From Candidatus Kaelpia aquatica (GTDB lineage Bacteria; Omnitrophota; Gorgyraeia; Kaelpiales; Kaelpiaceae), in the NCBI GenBank assembly GCA_030765335.1, contig JAVCCU010000009.1:5559-69558 (forward strand): a stretch of DNA of 64,000 nt. Reading direction: 5' to 3'. Within the stretch, counting starts at the first letter, position 1; every line of letters begins with the position of its first letter. Of this stretch, positions 40,356 to 53,368 are shown in pieces. A program made the translations under genes and the position numbers. Below the pieces are notes generated by a model that saw nothing but the letters and a program-made list of their open reading frames with translations, was not told where the DNA came from and did not search any database.

Positions 40356-41491
40356 ATCTTACCAACCTCCTTTATAATATTAGCGGATATCTCTTCTGCA
40401 TCCCTAAAAACCTCTTCGATATCCCCAAGTGAGCCTAGGTCAAAAACATTATGCCTCTTTACAGCCTCTTCAATAGAAGGAATTATATCCTTGAAGGCTA
40501 TCTTGGAGCTCAAAAACTCATTGACTATGATCTCATCGACCTTAACAATAAAAGCGGGCAAGCTTCCGCCTTGCTTTAACGCATCATAAGCTATTCTTAA
40601 GGCTGGATAACTATCTCTAGCTACCGCTTTAAAGCTCATCTTCTCTAAGCTTCCCCAATCAATTCTCAAGCCTGAATCAAGCCTGTTAGGATGACCCAAA
40701 GCATGCGCTATAGGGATTCTCATATCAGGTACAGCCATCTCAGCAAACGTTGTTCCGTCTTTTAGCTCTACCATGGCATGGATAATTGCTTCTGGATGAA
40801 TTATCACATCTATAACGTCTAAGGAGAGACCGAAGAGATAGCAAGCCTCTATTATCTCAAAGCCTTTATTCATTAAGGTAGCTGAATCTATTGTAATCTT
40901 ATTCCCCATCTCCCAGCGGGGATGTGAGAGAGCCATATCCAAAGATACGTTCTCTAGCTCTTTATCTGAAAAATCCAAAAACGGCCCCCCAGAACAAGTT
41001 AAAAAAACCTTAGATATTTCGCTTTTATCAACCCCCTTAAGAAGCTGATATATCGCATTATGCTCACTATCTAAAGGAATGATTTTAGAGCTGCTCTTTG
41101 CTCTTATACTGCTAATAACAGATCCTGCAGCTATTATCGCTTCTTTATTTGCAATGGCCAAATTAATATCGTTCTCCAGAGCGAACATTAACGGCCTTAT
41201 TGCATCTGTACCGGAAAGAGCCAAAACTAAAAGATCTACCTTTTGATCTGCTGCAAAATTTAAAAAATCATTCTGAGATTTAAAAAACTTAAGAGGAGAT
41301 CTGCCGATATTTTCAGCTCTGTTTAAAAAAACATTATCTACCTGGAACTCTCGTGCCTGCTGAGTAAGAAGCTCTATATTGCTGTCAGCGCCCAAAGCAA
41401 CCACATTAAAAAACCCGCCGCTTTTAGCAACTATACTAAGAGTCTGCTTACCAACACTGCCTGTTGATCCTAAAATAGCAATCTTCTTCAT
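40352..41491 (-). CDS. dxr: 1-deoxy-D-xylulose 5-phosphate reductoisomerase
   Basis: 379 aa. MKKIAILGSTGSVGKQTL N-terminus. Sits in the conserved uppS-cdsA-dxr-rseP cluster. Confidence 0.9.
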   Translation of the reverse strand: MKKIAILGSTGSVGKQTLSIVAKSGGFFNVVALGADSNIELLTQQAREFQVDNVFLNRAENIGRSPLKFFKSQNDFLNFAADQKVDLLVLALSGTDAIRPLMFALENDINLAIANKEAIIAAGSVISSIRAKSSSKIIPLDSEHNAIYQLLKGVDKSEISKVFLTCSGGPFLDFSDKELENVSLDMALSHPRWEMGNKITIDSATLMNKGFEIIEACYLFGLSLDVIDVIIHPEAIIHAMVELKDGTTFAEMAVPDMRIPIAHALGHPNRLDSGLRIDWGSLEKMSFKAVARDSYPALRIAYDALKQGGSLPAFIVKVDEIIVNEFLSSKIAFKDIIPSIEEAVKRHNVFDLGSLGDIEEVFRDAEEISANIIKEVGKI

Positions 41492-42309
41492 TTAATTATA
41501 AAATTATGCATATAAATATAATAAAACGGTAGAGCTATCAGGATGCTATCTGCTAAATCCAGCACACCGCCTAGGCCTGGAATAGTCTTACCAGAGTCTT
41601 TAACTCCGGCATCGCGCTTAAGAACAGATTCTGATAGGTCACCAAATTGAGCGCATACACCTAGAATAAAACCTATGGCGAGAGCATGATAAAAAGACAT
41701 TATCCCTAAATAAATAGAGGCTCCATAGGAAACCATCATTGCAAAAACAATGCCGCCAATAAAACCCTCTACAGATTTTTTAGGGCTTACCTTGGGAATT
41801 AAAGGATGTCTTCCAAACTTTACGCCAATCAGATAAGCACCTACATCCGTTGCTTTGATTACACAGATATAATATATCACCAGAGCAGTCCCGCTTTGGA
41901 GCATTCTAATCTTTATTAAAAATATTGCTGGTATCGTTATATATATTAACCCCAGCATAGTAAGCCCCAAACATAAAGCCGCATCTTTATTGGTCTTTCT
42001 TATCATCTGATAAAGGAAGAGCAGTATTAATGCAAAGGAAAGCGGATATATAAGATATTCAAGACCTAGGTTCTCTTTTAAGGATATCGCAAAGAGCAAA
42101 TATGAGACTATAAAGCCAATGCCGGGATATATGCTGCCGTATTTCTTTGCAACAATTCTATAAAACTCCCAAAGTGCAACCGTAGCCAGCACTATAATTA
42201 AGGAGGCAAATATGAAAAATTTGGCAAACATTATAACCCAGAATATAAACAGGAGTATTACTATGCTGCTGATAATTCTTTTCACTAAATTACTATCAAA
42301 GAGATCCAT
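41488..42309 (-). CDS. cdsA: phosphatidate cytidylyltransferase
   Basis: 273 aa, polytopic, with a C-terminal CTP-transferase signature (SxxKRxxGxKDxGxxxPGHGGxxDR-like: KRDAGVKDSGKTIPGLGGVLD). Confidence 0.85.
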   Translation of the reverse strand: MDLFDSNLVKRIISSIVILLFIFWVIMFAKFFIFASLIIVLATVALWEFYRIVAKKYGSIYPGIGFIVSYLLFAISLKENLGLEYLIYPLSFALILLFLYQMIRKTNKDAALCLGLTMLGLIYITIPAIFLIKIRMLQSGTALVIYYICVIKATDVGAYLIGVKFGRHPLIPKVSPKKSVEGFIGGIVFAMMVSYGASIYLGIMSFYHALAIGFILGVCAQFGDLSESVLKRDAGVKDSGKTIPGLGGVLDLADSILIALPFYYIYMHNFIIK

Positions 42310-43009
42310 ATTTTCTCCTACGTTTGTTATAACTTTTTATAGCTCTTATTAAATCTGACTTTCTAAAATCAGGCCATAATCTTGTTGTGGTATAGAGCTC
42401 TGCATAGGCTATCTGCCAAAGCAAATAATTGCTAACACGATACTCTCCTGCAGTACGAATCAAGAAATCAGGATCGGGCAAATCAAAAGTATAAAGATAG
42501 CTGCTTAGTAAAGATTCGTTAAGCGCTGCAAGTTTAATCTTGTCAGATTTAAAATCACTGGCAACCCTGATTACTGCACTGACAATCTCTTCTCGAGCAC
42601 CATAGTTGATAGCTAAAGTCAGATTGAGCCTGTTGAAACCCTCTGTATTGTGCATAATCTTCTCTATCTTATGAGGAAGCTCGCCAGGTAGAGCCTTCCA
42701 ATTTCCGATAACACGCATTCTTATATTCTTCTCCTCTGTAAGTCTAGTTAAATCATTGTCTATTTTTTCCTCCAATAGCTTCATTAGCGCATCAACCTCT
42801 TTTTTAGGTCTCTTCCAATTTTCTGTTGAAAAAGTATAGAGAGTCAAATATTCTACCCCTAATTCCAGGCAGTAATCAATTGTTCTTCGAACAGACTTTA
42901 CCCCCCTACTATGTCCATATCTGCGAGGAAGACCCTTCTTAACAGCCCAGCGACCATTTCCATCCATTATAATCGCTATATGTTTTGGAACATCAGTAAT
43001 AGAAGTCAT
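42296..43009 (-). CDS. uppS: isoprenyl transferase (undecaprenyl diphosphate synthase)
   Basis: 237 aa. HIAIIMDGNGRWA motif. Confidence 0.9.
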   Translation of the reverse strand: MTSITDVPKHIAIIMDGNGRWAVKKGLPRRYGHSRGVKSVRRTIDYCLELGVEYLTLYTFSTENWKRPKKEVDALMKLLEEKIDNDLTRLTEEKNIRMRVIGNWKALPGELPHKIEKIMHNTEGFNRLNLTLAINYGAREEIVSAVIRVASDFKSDKIKLAALNESLLSSYLYTFDLPDPDFLIRTAGEYRVSNYLLWQIAYAELYTTTRLWPDFRKSDLIRAIKSYNKRRRKYGSL

Positions 43010-43028
43010 GAACGGTTATTAAAAAATC

Positions 43029-43400
43029 TTATCGCTGAACATCTGACACAGTTGGACCCTGAATACCAGCTAGCAACTCTTCTAGTTTGCCCAATTTGCC
43101 TCTAAGCTTATTTATGCTCTCTATGGCTTTATTAAGTTTTATTTCAAGTGAATCTATGTACTCTTCTTTTGATTTGTTAACCTCAAACAATTCATCTTTT
43201 CTGATAACAACGTTATCAAGTTTTTCCTGAAAACTCTGGATCTTATCCTCCAGATAAGTACTATTTGTAACAACTGCATGATAGCTTGATTCTAATTTAT
43301 GGAACTGCCTTGCAATCTCAACCCTCTCTTTCCTCTCCAACAGAGCCCAAGCAAGAACAAGCACTAAAACAAGGATAAGACCGGTATAAACCTTTCTCAT
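43029..43400 (-). CDS. membrane-anchored coiled-coil protein (hypothetical)
   Basis: 123 aa. N-terminal TM then coiled coil. 17 bp downstream of the OmpA-family gene. Confidence 0.4.
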   Translation of the reverse strand: MRKVYTGLILVLVLVLAWALLERKERVEIARQFHKLESSYHAVVTNSTYLEDKIQSFQEKLDNVVIRKDELFEVNKSKEEYIDSLEIKLNKAIESINKLRGKLGKLEELLAGIQGPTVSDVQR

Positions 43401-43416
43401 TTAAGACCCTCCTGTA

Positions 43417-44136
43417 TTATTTTGCATACTCTTTAATTCTTCTCTGGCGATCCTCTAACGCTTTACCAAGTTCCTCTAAAAATTCGGCCCGAACCTTGGT
43501 AAGCTTTTTGGGGAGCACAACTATCTCAACACGTCTGTTCTTCTGTCGACCCTCTTTGGTTTCACTTGAATCAATAGATTGATACTCACCATAACCAGTA
43601 GCCTGCACGCGATCGGAGTCTAAACCTTTTTTATCAGTAAAGTAATGCAGCACACTCAACGCTCTGGCTGCGGATAACTCCCAGTTGGATTTCCAAGGTG
43701 AATATTTTATAGGAACATTGTCGGTATGACCTTCTATTGAAATCCTTCTATCGGGTACATCTTTTTCAAGGAATACCGCAACCTTATCAAGCATCGCATC
43801 TGCCTCAGGCCGCAATTCAGCCTTACCGGAATCAAAGAATACCTCAGCAACAAACCTTAAGACCAAACCTTTCTCTTCTAAAGACAGTTTTACGTCTCTA
43901 TTGTCTATCTCTTCCCTAAACCTGCTCTCTAAGCTCTCTTTTGCCAACTCTAATTCTCTTATCTCTTGATTTTTTTCAGATTTTAACCTTTCAATCTCAA
44001 TCCTCAGACGCTGTAGCTCTTTTCTCATAACCTGAACCTTTTCAATCTCACCTGGCGGTGTTTTCTTAAAGGTAAGAGCGCACCCTGAAATTAAAAAACT
44101 AACGGCCAATAAAACAACCCAACTCTTTTTAAACAT
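43417..44136 (-). CDS. OmpA-family lipoprotein (coiled coil + OmpA_C peptidoglycan-binding domain)
   Basis: 239 aa. Lipobox LISGC. C-terminal OmpA-like motifs (IEGHTDNVPI, LSAARA, NRRVEIV). Confidence 0.75.
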   Translation of the reverse strand: MFKKSWVVLLAVSFLISGCALTFKKTPPGEIEKVQVMRKELQRLRIEIERLKSEKNQEIRELELAKESLESRFREEIDNRDVKLSLEEKGLVLRFVAEVFFDSGKAELRPEADAMLDKVAVFLEKDVPDRRISIEGHTDNVPIKYSPWKSNWELSAARALSVLHYFTDKKGLDSDRVQATGYGEYQSIDSSETKEGRQKNRRVEIVVLPKKLTKVRAEFLEELGKALEDRQRRIKEYAK

Positions 44137-44201
44137 ATGACACCTCCTAAGGTTATCTTAAAATTATTACTTTTAAATATTAACACTACTGTTTTTGGTC
44201 G

Positions 44202-46301
44202 TCAAGGAAGTAAGGTTTTATTAAGAATAAGCGCAGCAAATACAATAGACGCCATAGACATTATTTTAATAAGAATATTTATAGACGGGCCGGCGGTATC
44301 CTTACAAGGGTCACCCACTGTATCGCCAGCTACAACTGCCTTATGGGCGTCAGAACCCTTGCCTCCAAGGTTGCCCTCTTCAATATATTTCTTTGCATTG
44401 TCCCAGCTAGCTCCAGAATTAGACAGCATAATAGCAAGAACAAAGCCGGATACAAGCGACGCGATAAGCAGCCCTATGTTGGCCTCGACTCCAAATAGTA
44501 TTCCTACCAAAACAGGAGAGAGCAATGCTATGGCAGCTGGCAAGATCATCTGCTTCTGTGACGCTAGAGTCACAATCTCAACGCAACGCGCATAATCAGG
44601 CTTGGCTTCACCTTCCATCAAACCTTTTATCTCCCTAAACTGCCTTCTAACTTCAATAACTACTTTTGAAGCAGCACTGCCAACAGCCCTCATCATCAAA
44701 GACGAGAACAGAAAAGGAAGCATGCCTCCTATAAATAGGCCTACTATAATTTTGGGGTTTAGCAGTGAAAGATTTAGCTCTGCACCCAAAAACTCAAGTT
44801 TATCCTTATAAGTCACAATAAGAGCCAGTGCGGTTAAGGCAGCGGATCCTATCGCAAAACCCTTACCTGTTGCAGCAGTAGTATTACCTAAAGAGTCTAA
44901 CACATCTGTTCTCTCTCTAACTTCCGGAGGAAGTCCAGCCATCTGAGCATTACCGCCAGCATTATCAGCAACAGGCCCATAAGCATCTGTTGCTAGAGTA
45001 ATCCCCAGAGTGCTCAACATACCTACTGCAGATATTCCTATACCATATAGTCCAAGATTGAAGTTAGAAAAACCACCTGAAAAATAAAAACTCAAAAGTA
45101 TAGCTACGGCAACAGTAATTATCGGAATAAGAGTGGAGACCATTCCAACAGAGAGTCCCGAAATTATAACAGTTGCTGGCCCAGTCAAAGCTGATTTAGC
45201 TACTGAACGTGTTGGAGAATACCTATGTGAGGTATAAAATTCGGTCGAAAGCCCTATCAAAATACCAGCCAAAAGCCCTGTGATCACCGAATAATAGATA
45301 CCTAAATACTCAAGCCCTAAAACTCGGGTAATTAAAAAATACCCCATAATTGCAATTAAAATGGCTGAAAGAAAAGTGCTTTTTCTTAAAGCCCAAAGCA
45401 ATGCAGACTGAGTAGAATTCTCCTTGCTTCTTACGGTGACTATTCCTACTATTGAGGCAATAACGCCCAAAGCAGCTATAGTCATCGGTATTGTAACCCC
45501 AGCTACACCCAGTCCAGCTGTAACAGCAAGAGCCATCGTAGCTACAATTGATCCCACATAAGACTCATATAGATCTGCCCCCATACCAGCAACGTCACCA
45601 ACATTGTCACCTACATTATCTGCTATAACCGCTGGATTTCTAGGGTCATCCTCCGGAATCCCTACTTCTACCTTACCTACTAAATCCGCGCCCACATCTG
45701 CTGCCTTAGTATATATCCCCCCGCCAACTCTTGCAAATAACGCATAACAAGATGCACCCATTGCAGAACATAAGAGAGTAGAAGTAATTATCGAAAGCCT
45801 CTGTGCAGAATCTATAATAGCTGAAGAAGAAGAATAGAACCAGCTGAGTATAGAATACCAGGCAACCAAATAAAACAACCCTAAACCAACAACTGTAAGC
45901 CCCATTACAGAGCCCGATAAAAATGCTACTTTTAGTGCCGAATTTAAACTAGAGCGAGCTGCATTTGCCGTGCGAGCGCTAGAGTTTGTCGCTACTTTCA
46001 TACCTATAAAGCCGGCCAAACCTGAAAAGAAACCTCCGCTTACAAATGCATAAGGCACAAAAATTCCTATATAACCTTGCTTGACCATCAGCATTAAAAA
46101 AGCAAAGGCCAAGAGAAAAAATATTGCTACCGTAGTATATTGCCTCTTTAAATAGGCTCTGGCTCCCTCTCGAACCGCACTAGCAATTTCAATCATCTTT
46201 TCGGTTCCTTCATCTTTTCTTAAAATCCAGATTACAATAGCTCCAGAGAAGAGAAGCGCTAAAATAGAACCGAGCGGAGCTAGCCAAAACAACTCTTTCA
46301 T
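44202..46301 (-). CDS. hppA: membrane-bound K+-dependent-type translocating pyrophosphatase
   Basis: 699 aa. H+/Na+-PPase motifs (GDNVGDVAGMGADL, DNAGGNAQMAG). The GNTTAA (Ala) signature marks the K+-dependent subfamily. Confidence 0.95.
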   Translation of the reverse strand: MKELFWLAPLGSILALLFSGAIVIWILRKDEGTEKMIEIASAVREGARAYLKRQYTTVAIFFLLAFAFLMLMVKQGYIGIFVPYAFVSGGFFSGLAGFIGMKVATNSSARTANAARSSLNSALKVAFLSGSVMGLTVVGLGLFYLVAWYSILSWFYSSSSAIIDSAQRLSIITSTLLCSAMGASCYALFARVGGGIYTKAADVGADLVGKVEVGIPEDDPRNPAVIADNVGDNVGDVAGMGADLYESYVGSIVATMALAVTAGLGVAGVTIPMTIAALGVIASIVGIVTVRSKENSTQSALLWALRKSTFLSAILIAIMGYFLITRVLGLEYLGIYYSVITGLLAGILIGLSTEFYTSHRYSPTRSVAKSALTGPATVIISGLSVGMVSTLIPIITVAVAILLSFYFSGGFSNFNLGLYGIGISAVGMLSTLGITLATDAYGPVADNAGGNAQMAGLPPEVRERTDVLDSLGNTTAATGKGFAIGSAALTALALIVTYKDKLEFLGAELNLSLLNPKIIVGLFIGGMLPFLFSSLMMRAVGSAASKVVIEVRRQFREIKGLMEGEAKPDYARCVEIVTLASQKQMILPAAIALLSPVLVGILFGVEANIGLLIASLVSGFVLAIMLSNSGASWDNAKKYIEEGNLGGKGSDAHKAVVAGDTVGDPCKDTAGPSINILIKIMSMASIVFAALILNKTLLP

Positions 46302-46340
46302 AATTCCCCCTTAATATTTGAAATAATAATAATTTTACCC

Positions 46341-47645
<1,305 letters not shown>

Positions 47646-47666
47646 TTAAAGCTGGTAAAATAGGAC

Positions 47667-49259
47667 CTAGAGTTTAATCCCTTTTACGGCACGTATATAT
47701 TTAAAATCGAGCAGCTCTTTTACAACAGCAGCATCAACAGCTATATCAAGATTCAAAACCATTAAAGCATTACCGCCAAGCTCCTCTCTACCAAACGTCA
47801 TTCCGGATATATTAACATTATTATTACCAAAGATATTACCTATATGACCTATGACACCAGGCTTATCTTCGTTATATATAACAAGTATATTTCCTACTGG
47901 AGGCGCCTCAAGGTAATAACCATCAATATTAACTATTTTGGGATTATTATCACTAAACAGCGTCCCGGCAACCTCTTTTATCTCTTTATTGGTCTGGACA
48001 ATAACCTGAATTAAATTACTGAAATTATGAACTTTTGAAGATTTAACCTCTTCAATGCTGATCTGCCTCTCTTTTGCAATTATAAGAGCATTCACATAAT
48101 TTACGGATTCAGCAAGCATTGGAGAAAAGAAACCTTTAAGTATTGCCGAAGAAAGAGAAGTAATATCATATTCCAAAATATCTCCGCTATATTTTATCTC
48201 AATCTTCTTAACGTTACCCTCTATGAGCTGACCAAGCAATGAGCCTAATTTTTCAGAAAGATTAAAATAAGGCTTTAAAATCTCAGCCGTCTCAGGCTCA
48301 ATAAAAGGCATGTTTACAGCATTTCTGACAACATTGTTTATCAATACATCCCGAACCTGCTCTGCAACCTCAACAGCCACATTGAGCTGCGCCTCTTCAG
48401 TAGATGCCCCTAAATGAGGAGTGAGAACGACGTTGTCTAACTCAAAAAGCGGACTGCTTTCGGGAGGTTCATTCTCGTAAACATCCAAAGCAGCACCTGC
48501 AATATTTTTCTCTGAAAGAGCTTTACATAGAGCCTCTTCATCCACGATACCGCCGCGAGAACAGTTGATAATATATGCTGTATTTTTTACCATCTTCAGC
48601 TCTTTATCAGAAAGCATATGATAAGTATTATCAGATAAAGGAATATGAAACGTAATATAGTCCGATCTTTTCAGAAGCTCATCGTACTTAACTAACTCAA
48701 CCTCAATCTTAGAGGCTATATCTTCAGAGATATAAGGATCAAATGTAAGAACTTTCATTCCAAACCCAATAGCTCGTTTGGCCACCTCTCTCCCTATTCT
48801 CCCTAAACCCACAACACCTATAATCTTACCGTGCAGCTCTTTACCCATAAACTTTTTACGTTCCCATTTATTCTCTCTCATCGATAAGCTGGCTTGAGAA
48901 ATATTTCGAGCCAAAGCTAAGATAAGAGCCATGGTATGCTCTGCAGTCGATATGGTATTACCTAAAGGGGTATTCATCACAATGATTCCCTTTTTAGTCG
49001 CAGCATCAACGTCTACATTATCCAATCCAACTCCAGCGCGACCTATAACTTTAAGACTGTCTGCAGCCTCTATAATAGAAGATTTAATCTTTGTTCCGCT
49101 GCGGATTACAATACCATCATAACCTTTAATCTCTCTTATAAGTTCATCTTCGCTTAAACCTGTTTTCTTTATAACTTCAATACCTGATTCAGTTAAAATA
49201 TCAATACCATCCTGAGCTATATTATCACTAACTAAAACCTTAACCACCTTAGGCCTCAT
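47667..49259 (-). CDS. serA: D-3-phosphoglycerate dehydrogenase (with ACT domain)
   Basis: 530 aa. 2-hydroxyacid dehydrogenase NAD motif [13 protein letters not shown] and a C-terminal ACT domain. Confidence 0.9.
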   Translation of the reverse strand: MRPKVVKVLVSDNIAQDGIDILTESGIEVIKKTGLSEDELIREIKGYDGIVIRSGTKIKSSIIEAADSLKVIGRAGVGLDNVDVDAATKKGIIVMNTPLGNTISTAEHTMALILALARNISQASLSMRENKWERKKFMGKELHGKIIGVVGLGRIGREVAKRAIGFGMKVLTFDPYISEDIASKIEVELVKYDELLKRSDYITFHIPLSDNTYHMLSDKELKMVKNTAYIINCSRGGIVDEEALCKALSEKNIAGAALDVYENEPPESSPLFELDNVVLTPHLGASTEEAQLNVAVEVAEQVRDVLINNVVRNAVNMPFIEPETAEILKPYFNLSEKLGSLLGQLIEGNVKKIEIKYSGDILEYDITSLSSAILKGFFSPMLAESVNYVNALIIAKERQISIEEVKSSKVHNFSNLIQVIVQTNKEIKEVAGTLFSDNNPKIVNIDGYYLEAPPVGNILVIYNEDKPGVIGHIGNIFGNNNVNISGMTFGREELGGNALMVLNLDIAVDAAVVKELLDFKYIRAVKGIKL

Positions 49260-50409
49260 CCTTGCAGCTTTTAAGAAACTCTTCTTCTAGTTTTAAAATT
49301 CCTGCACCAAGCTTAAACTTGTATCCAAAATGATGCAGCCCAAATTCAATAGCTGCAATACCTGATAGAACATCAAAAAGATTTATATAACCCAGGTGTG
49401 CAACCCTGATTATCTTACCCTTTAACTCTGCCTGACCGCCGGCTATACTTATGCCGAACTCTGCACGGATAAACTTGACCATCTCCTCAGAGTCTAAGCT
49501 CTCTGGAATTAAAACACTAGTGAGAGTACTGGAGGGACGCTGAGCAAAGACTTTAAGCCCTAAAGACGCAACTGCCTCACGTGTCATAGCAGCAAGATTA
49601 GCATGCCTCTTCCAGACATTCTCAATACCCTCATCAAGTATCATCTTAAGGGCTGTCCGTAAAGCTACGATCATATTCACAGCAGGAGTCCAAGGAGTAT
49701 CAAACTTAGATGCTGACTTACCAGCTTTGATTAAGTCAAAATAATATTTAGGAGAGCTGGAACTCTCTATTAAAGATTGTGCGTCTTTAGATAAACTTAT
49801 AAAGGCAAGTCCAGGAGGAAGCATCAGACCTTTCTGGGATCCACTAACCACAATATCTAAACCCCAATCATCCATTCTCAGCTCATCAGCCCCTAAACCA
49901 CTTATAGCATCAACTACAATTAAAGCATTGAACTCTTTGGCTAAGCTAGCCATGCTCCTAATATCATAGTTTACACCTGTAGAGGTTTCACATAGTGTAG
50001 TCAAAATAACTTTACGGCTATCGCCTACTTTTAATTTCTCTCTTAGATCATCTAGGTTTAAGGTAACTCCCCATTCTAAATCTAAAACATCATACTCTGC
50101 GCCATAGGCCTTAGTTATCTCGGCCCATCTTTCACCAAACTTTCCTCCTACAACAGGTATAAACCTAACGCCGTCCTGCATTAGATTGGCTACTGCAGCC
50201 TCCATAACGCCGGTGCCCGAAGAAGAGACAATTAAAACCTGATTTTTGGTTTGAAATATAGTCTTTAAGTCCTCCGAAACCTCTTTAAGTATGGAACGAA
50301 ATTCATCTGTTCTATGATGAATCGTAGACTCCGCCTGCGAAAGCAAAACTTCCTCGGGAACAGGAGTTGGTCCTGGAGTTAGAAGACTTTTTTTGTAAGG
50401 CCTAATCAT
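49249..50409 (-). CDS. class-V aminotransferase (AGXT/serine-pyruvate type; likely phosphoserine aminotransferase given serA linkage)
   Basis: 386 aa. PLP-lysine region VSGSQKGLMLPPG. 11-bp overlap with serA. Confidence 0.75.
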   Translation of the reverse strand: MIRPYKKSLLTPGPTPVPEEVLLSQAESTIHHRTDEFRSILKEVSEDLKTIFQTKNQVLIVSSSGTGVMEAAVANLMQDGVRFIPVVGGKFGERWAEITKAYGAEYDVLDLEWGVTLNLDDLREKLKVGDSRKVILTTLCETSTGVNYDIRSMASLAKEFNALIVVDAISGLGADELRMDDWGLDIVVSGSQKGLMLPPGLAFISLSKDAQSLIESSSSPKYYFDLIKAGKSASKFDTPWTPAVNMIVALRTALKMILDEGIENVWKRHANLAAMTREAVASLGLKVFAQRPSSTLTSVLIPESLDSEEMVKFIRAEFGISIAGGQAELKGKIIRVAHLGYINLFDVLSGIAAIEFGLHHFGYKFKLGAGILKLEEEFLKSCKDEA

Positions 50410-50423
50410 CTCAAGACCTCTTC

Positions 50424-51032
50424 TTAGGATTTCTTCTTTTTAGTATAGATAACATTATCTATTATGCCGTAATCCTTTGCTTCTTCTGCGCTCATAAAAT
50501 AATCTCTATCAGTATCTTTCTTAACTTTATCTATTGATTGAGAAGTATGGAGCGAAATTAACTTATTTATCTCATCTCTTAAGCGAAGTATCTCTTGAGC
50601 CTGAATATGAATATCTTCCGCAGCTCCCTGGACACCGCCCCAAGGCTGATGAATCATTATCCTGGAATGCGGCAAAGAGAACCTCTTTCCCTTAGCACCT
50701 GCCATAAGCAATAATGCCCCCATGCTGGCCGCCTGCCCTACGCAGTAAGTAGAGATATCGGGCTTTACAAATTGCATTGTATCATAGATTGCCAGTCCGC
50801 TCGTAACAGAGCCTCCAGGCGAGTTAATATAAACACTTATATCTTTATCTGCATCCTCAGACTGTAAAAAAAGAACCTGAGCAATGATAAGATTAGCTAC
50901 ATTATCATCGATAGGAGTACCTATAAAAATTATCCTATCTTTTAACAGTCGAGAGTAAATGTCAAATGCACGCTCACCTCTTCCAGTCTTCTCAACTACC
51001 ATGGGAACAAGGGTCTGAAACTTAGCAGGCAT
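50424..51032 (-). CDS. clpP: ATP-dependent Clp protease proteolytic subunit
   Basis: 202 aa. [11 protein letters not shown] (active Ser) and RIMIHQP motifs. Confidence 0.95.
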   Translation of the reverse strand: MPAKFQTLVPMVVEKTGRGERAFDIYSRLLKDRIIFIGTPIDDNVANLIIAQVLFLQSEDADKDISVYINSPGGSVTSGLAIYDTMQFVKPDISTYCVGQAASMGALLLMAGAKGKRFSLPHSRIMIHQPWGGVQGAAEDIHIQAQEILRLRDEINKLISLHTSQSIDKVKKDTDRDYFMSAEEAKDYGIIDNVIYTKKKKS

Positions 51033-52318
51033 TATTCACCTCCATTTTTAATATTAACTATCTCAGCATGCTGCTTTAAGAATTCTATAACTTTTTTCCT
51101 TAATAAGCTAGCTTTTATATTCTCCAACCCATCGTCTTTTTTAAGATTGGATTCCAATTCCTCCAGAGTACTATTTTGACGCTTAGCTAGGGCCTCTAAA
51201 TGCTCCCTTAACTCTTGATCTGAGATCACTATGCCTTCTTTCTGAGCAATCTCCTTTAAAATAAAATAGACCTTCAGCTCTCTCTGAGCCTCCCTCTGAG
51301 CTTCTTTCAATATCATCTCTTTCTGGGTCTCTATATCTTTCTTAGGAAACCCTCTATAGAGCAATCTCATTGCTATATCTTCAGCCGAAACATCCACCTG
51401 ACGGCTTAGAAGCTGAGGCGGCAACTCCATTTTGGAATTTTCGATAAGCTCAGATATAAGATTTTCCTCTAAGTCGACTTCAGCCTCTCTAGTGCGATGG
51501 TTTTGCAGCTCCTCTCTTATAACCTTCTTTAAATCATCGATATTACTATGATTACCGAACTCTTTTGCAAAATCATCATTAAGCTCTGGTTCTTTTTTCT
51601 CCTTAACCCCTTTTACATTGATCTTAAAATCGCACTCCTTTCCAGCAATCTTTTTATCTCTATAATCATCAGGCACATTGAGCTTAAACTCTTTGATCTC
51701 GCCAGAACTTAACCCTTTAAGATTATCCAGAAGCTCAGGAAAGAGATTCTCTTCATTAAGGTATAACGAAAGGGCCTCTTTTTTATCTAAATCACTATCT
51801 TTTGGCTTCATCTCTACGTCTGCTACGACAACATCTTCGAGAGCAGACGGCCTTTGAACATCCAGCCACTGAGTCTTCTCTCTCTTAATATCATCTAAAA
51901 CCTTATTAATATCTTTGTCCTCTACGCTTGTATCTTTTTTATTCAATTTTATATTCTTATATTTCGACAACTTAACTTTTGGAGCCTCTTCTATCTTCAG
52001 CGTAAACTTATACTCACCCTTCTTTCCCTGTTCAACGCTAAGCAATGCTGGGGCCGATATTGGATTCACCCCTGAAGCCTCCATAGCCTTTCTATAAAAA
52101 AGAGAGACTACGCTCTCTTCGATATCTTTTTCAATCTCAACGCTATGCTTGGCCAGCACCATCTCTAGCGGAGCCTTACCTTTTCTATAACCAGGAATTG
52201 CAACTTTATTTTGCCAGTCAGATTCTACTCTCTTTCTTAAAGCCCCAACTTCTTTAGGATCCAAGTAGACCTCTAAATCGCTCTCAACCGTAGTAATTCT
52301 TTTAATCTTTATCTTCAT
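51032..52318 (-). CDS. tig: trigger factor
   Basis: 428 aa. Immediately precedes clpP. Internal PPIase-like domain. Confidence 0.9.
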   Translation of the reverse strand: MKIKIKRITTVESDLEVYLDPKEVGALRKRVESDWQNKVAIPGYRKGKAPLEMVLAKHSVEIEKDIEESVVSLFYRKAMEASGVNPISAPALLSVEQGKKGEYKFTLKIEEAPKVKLSKYKNIKLNKKDTSVEDKDINKVLDDIKREKTQWLDVQRPSALEDVVVADVEMKPKDSDLDKKEALSLYLNEENLFPELLDNLKGLSSGEIKEFKLNVPDDYRDKKIAGKECDFKINVKGVKEKKEPELNDDFAKEFGNHSNIDDLKKVIREELQNHRTREAEVDLEENLISELIENSKMELPPQLLSRQVDVSAEDIAMRLLYRGFPKKDIETQKEMILKEAQREAQRELKVYFILKEIAQKEGIVISDQELREHLEALAKRQNSTLEELESNLKKDDGLENIKASLLRKKVIEFLKQHAEIVNIKNGGE

Positions 52319-52628
52319 TTTTAAAATCCTTATCCTTATGCCTATGCATTTTTATTCTATCTTCATACCTTAAGACCTGCTGTTTTAAAACATCAAACGA
52401 TTCATCAACAGCTAAATACATGTCTTCATTTTTTTCCTTAACCTTAAAGTGGGCCTTCTTGAGATCCATATTGACCTCGACAGCAGAGAGATGCTTTTCA
52501 ATCTCTAATACCACGTGGACATTTATTATATCATCAACATATTTATCTAAATAGTCGATCTTGCCCTCAATGTAAGACCTTAAAGCATCAGTTATATCAA
52601 AATGTCTACCTGTTATTGTTGTTTTCAA
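52302..52628 (-). CDS. hpf: ribosome hibernation promoting factor / RaiA (short form)
   Basis: 108 aa. ITGRHFDITDALRSYIEGKI and LEIEKHLSAVEVN... typical of HPF/YfiA. Confidence 0.8.
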   Translation of the reverse strand: MKTTITGRHFDITDALRSYIEGKIDYLDKYVDDIINVHVVLEIEKHLSAVEVNMDLKKAHFKVKEKNEDMYLAVDESFDVLKQQVLRYEDRIKMHRHKDKDFKNEDKD

Positions 52629-52648
52629 ACTATACCCCCTTTAATTTT

Positions 52649-53365
52649 TTACATCTTAAACCTTTCTCCAAGGTAGACTTTTTTTGCTTTATCATCGTTA
52701 ATCAAATGATCTGCATCACCTGAAAGGAGAACACTGCCTTCAGAGACTATGTAAGCCCTGTCCGTTATCGCTAAAGTCTCTCTTACATTGTGGTCGGTCA
52801 GTAATATTCCAATACCTTTACTCTTAAGATCTAAAATTATATCCTGACATTCAGCAACAGCTATAGGATCTATTCCGCTAAAAGGTTCGTCTAAGAGCAA
52901 GAACAATGGATTTATAGCCAAGGCTCTTGTAATCTCTAGCCGCCTCCTTTCACCGCCAGATAAAGTATAGGCCTTGCTCTTAGCTAAATATGATATCCTT
53001 AACTCTTCTAACAACATCTCAAGTCTCAGCTTTCTCTCCTGCGGATGGATGCTTAAAGTCTCCAGCACCGCCATTATATTATCCTTAACACTTAAGTTTC
53101 CAAATATAGCCGGCTCCTGTGAAAGATAACCTATCCCTAAGCTTGCTCTTTTATGCATAGGCAGCTTTGTTATATCAACATCTTTAAAGTATACGCTCCC
53201 CTTATTAGGAGCAATTAAACCTACGATCATATAAAAAGTTGTGGTCTTACCAGCTCCGTTAGGACCTAGCAGCCCGACTATCTCAGAGCCGGCTACATCA
53301 AGTGAGATACCATTTACCACTCTTCTGTTCTTGTACTCTTTTATTAAACCTTTGACCTTTAGCAT
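52649..53365 (-). CDS. lptB: LPS export ABC transporter ATP-binding protein
   Basis: 238 aa. Walker A GPNGAGKTT, signature LSGGERRRLEI, Walker B LLLDEP. Confidence 0.9.
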   Translation of the reverse strand: MLKVKGLIKEYKNRRVVNGISLDVAGSEIVGLLGPNGAGKTTTFYMIVGLIAPNKGSVYFKDVDITKLPMHKRASLGIGYLSQEPAIFGNLSVKDNIMAVLETLSIHPQERKLRLEMLLEELRISYLAKSKAYTLSGGERRRLEITRALAINPLFLLLDEPFSGIDPIAVAECQDIILDLKSKGIGILLTDHNVRETLAITDRAYIVSEGSVLLSGDADHLINDDKAKKVYLGERFKM

Positions 53366-53368
53366 GTT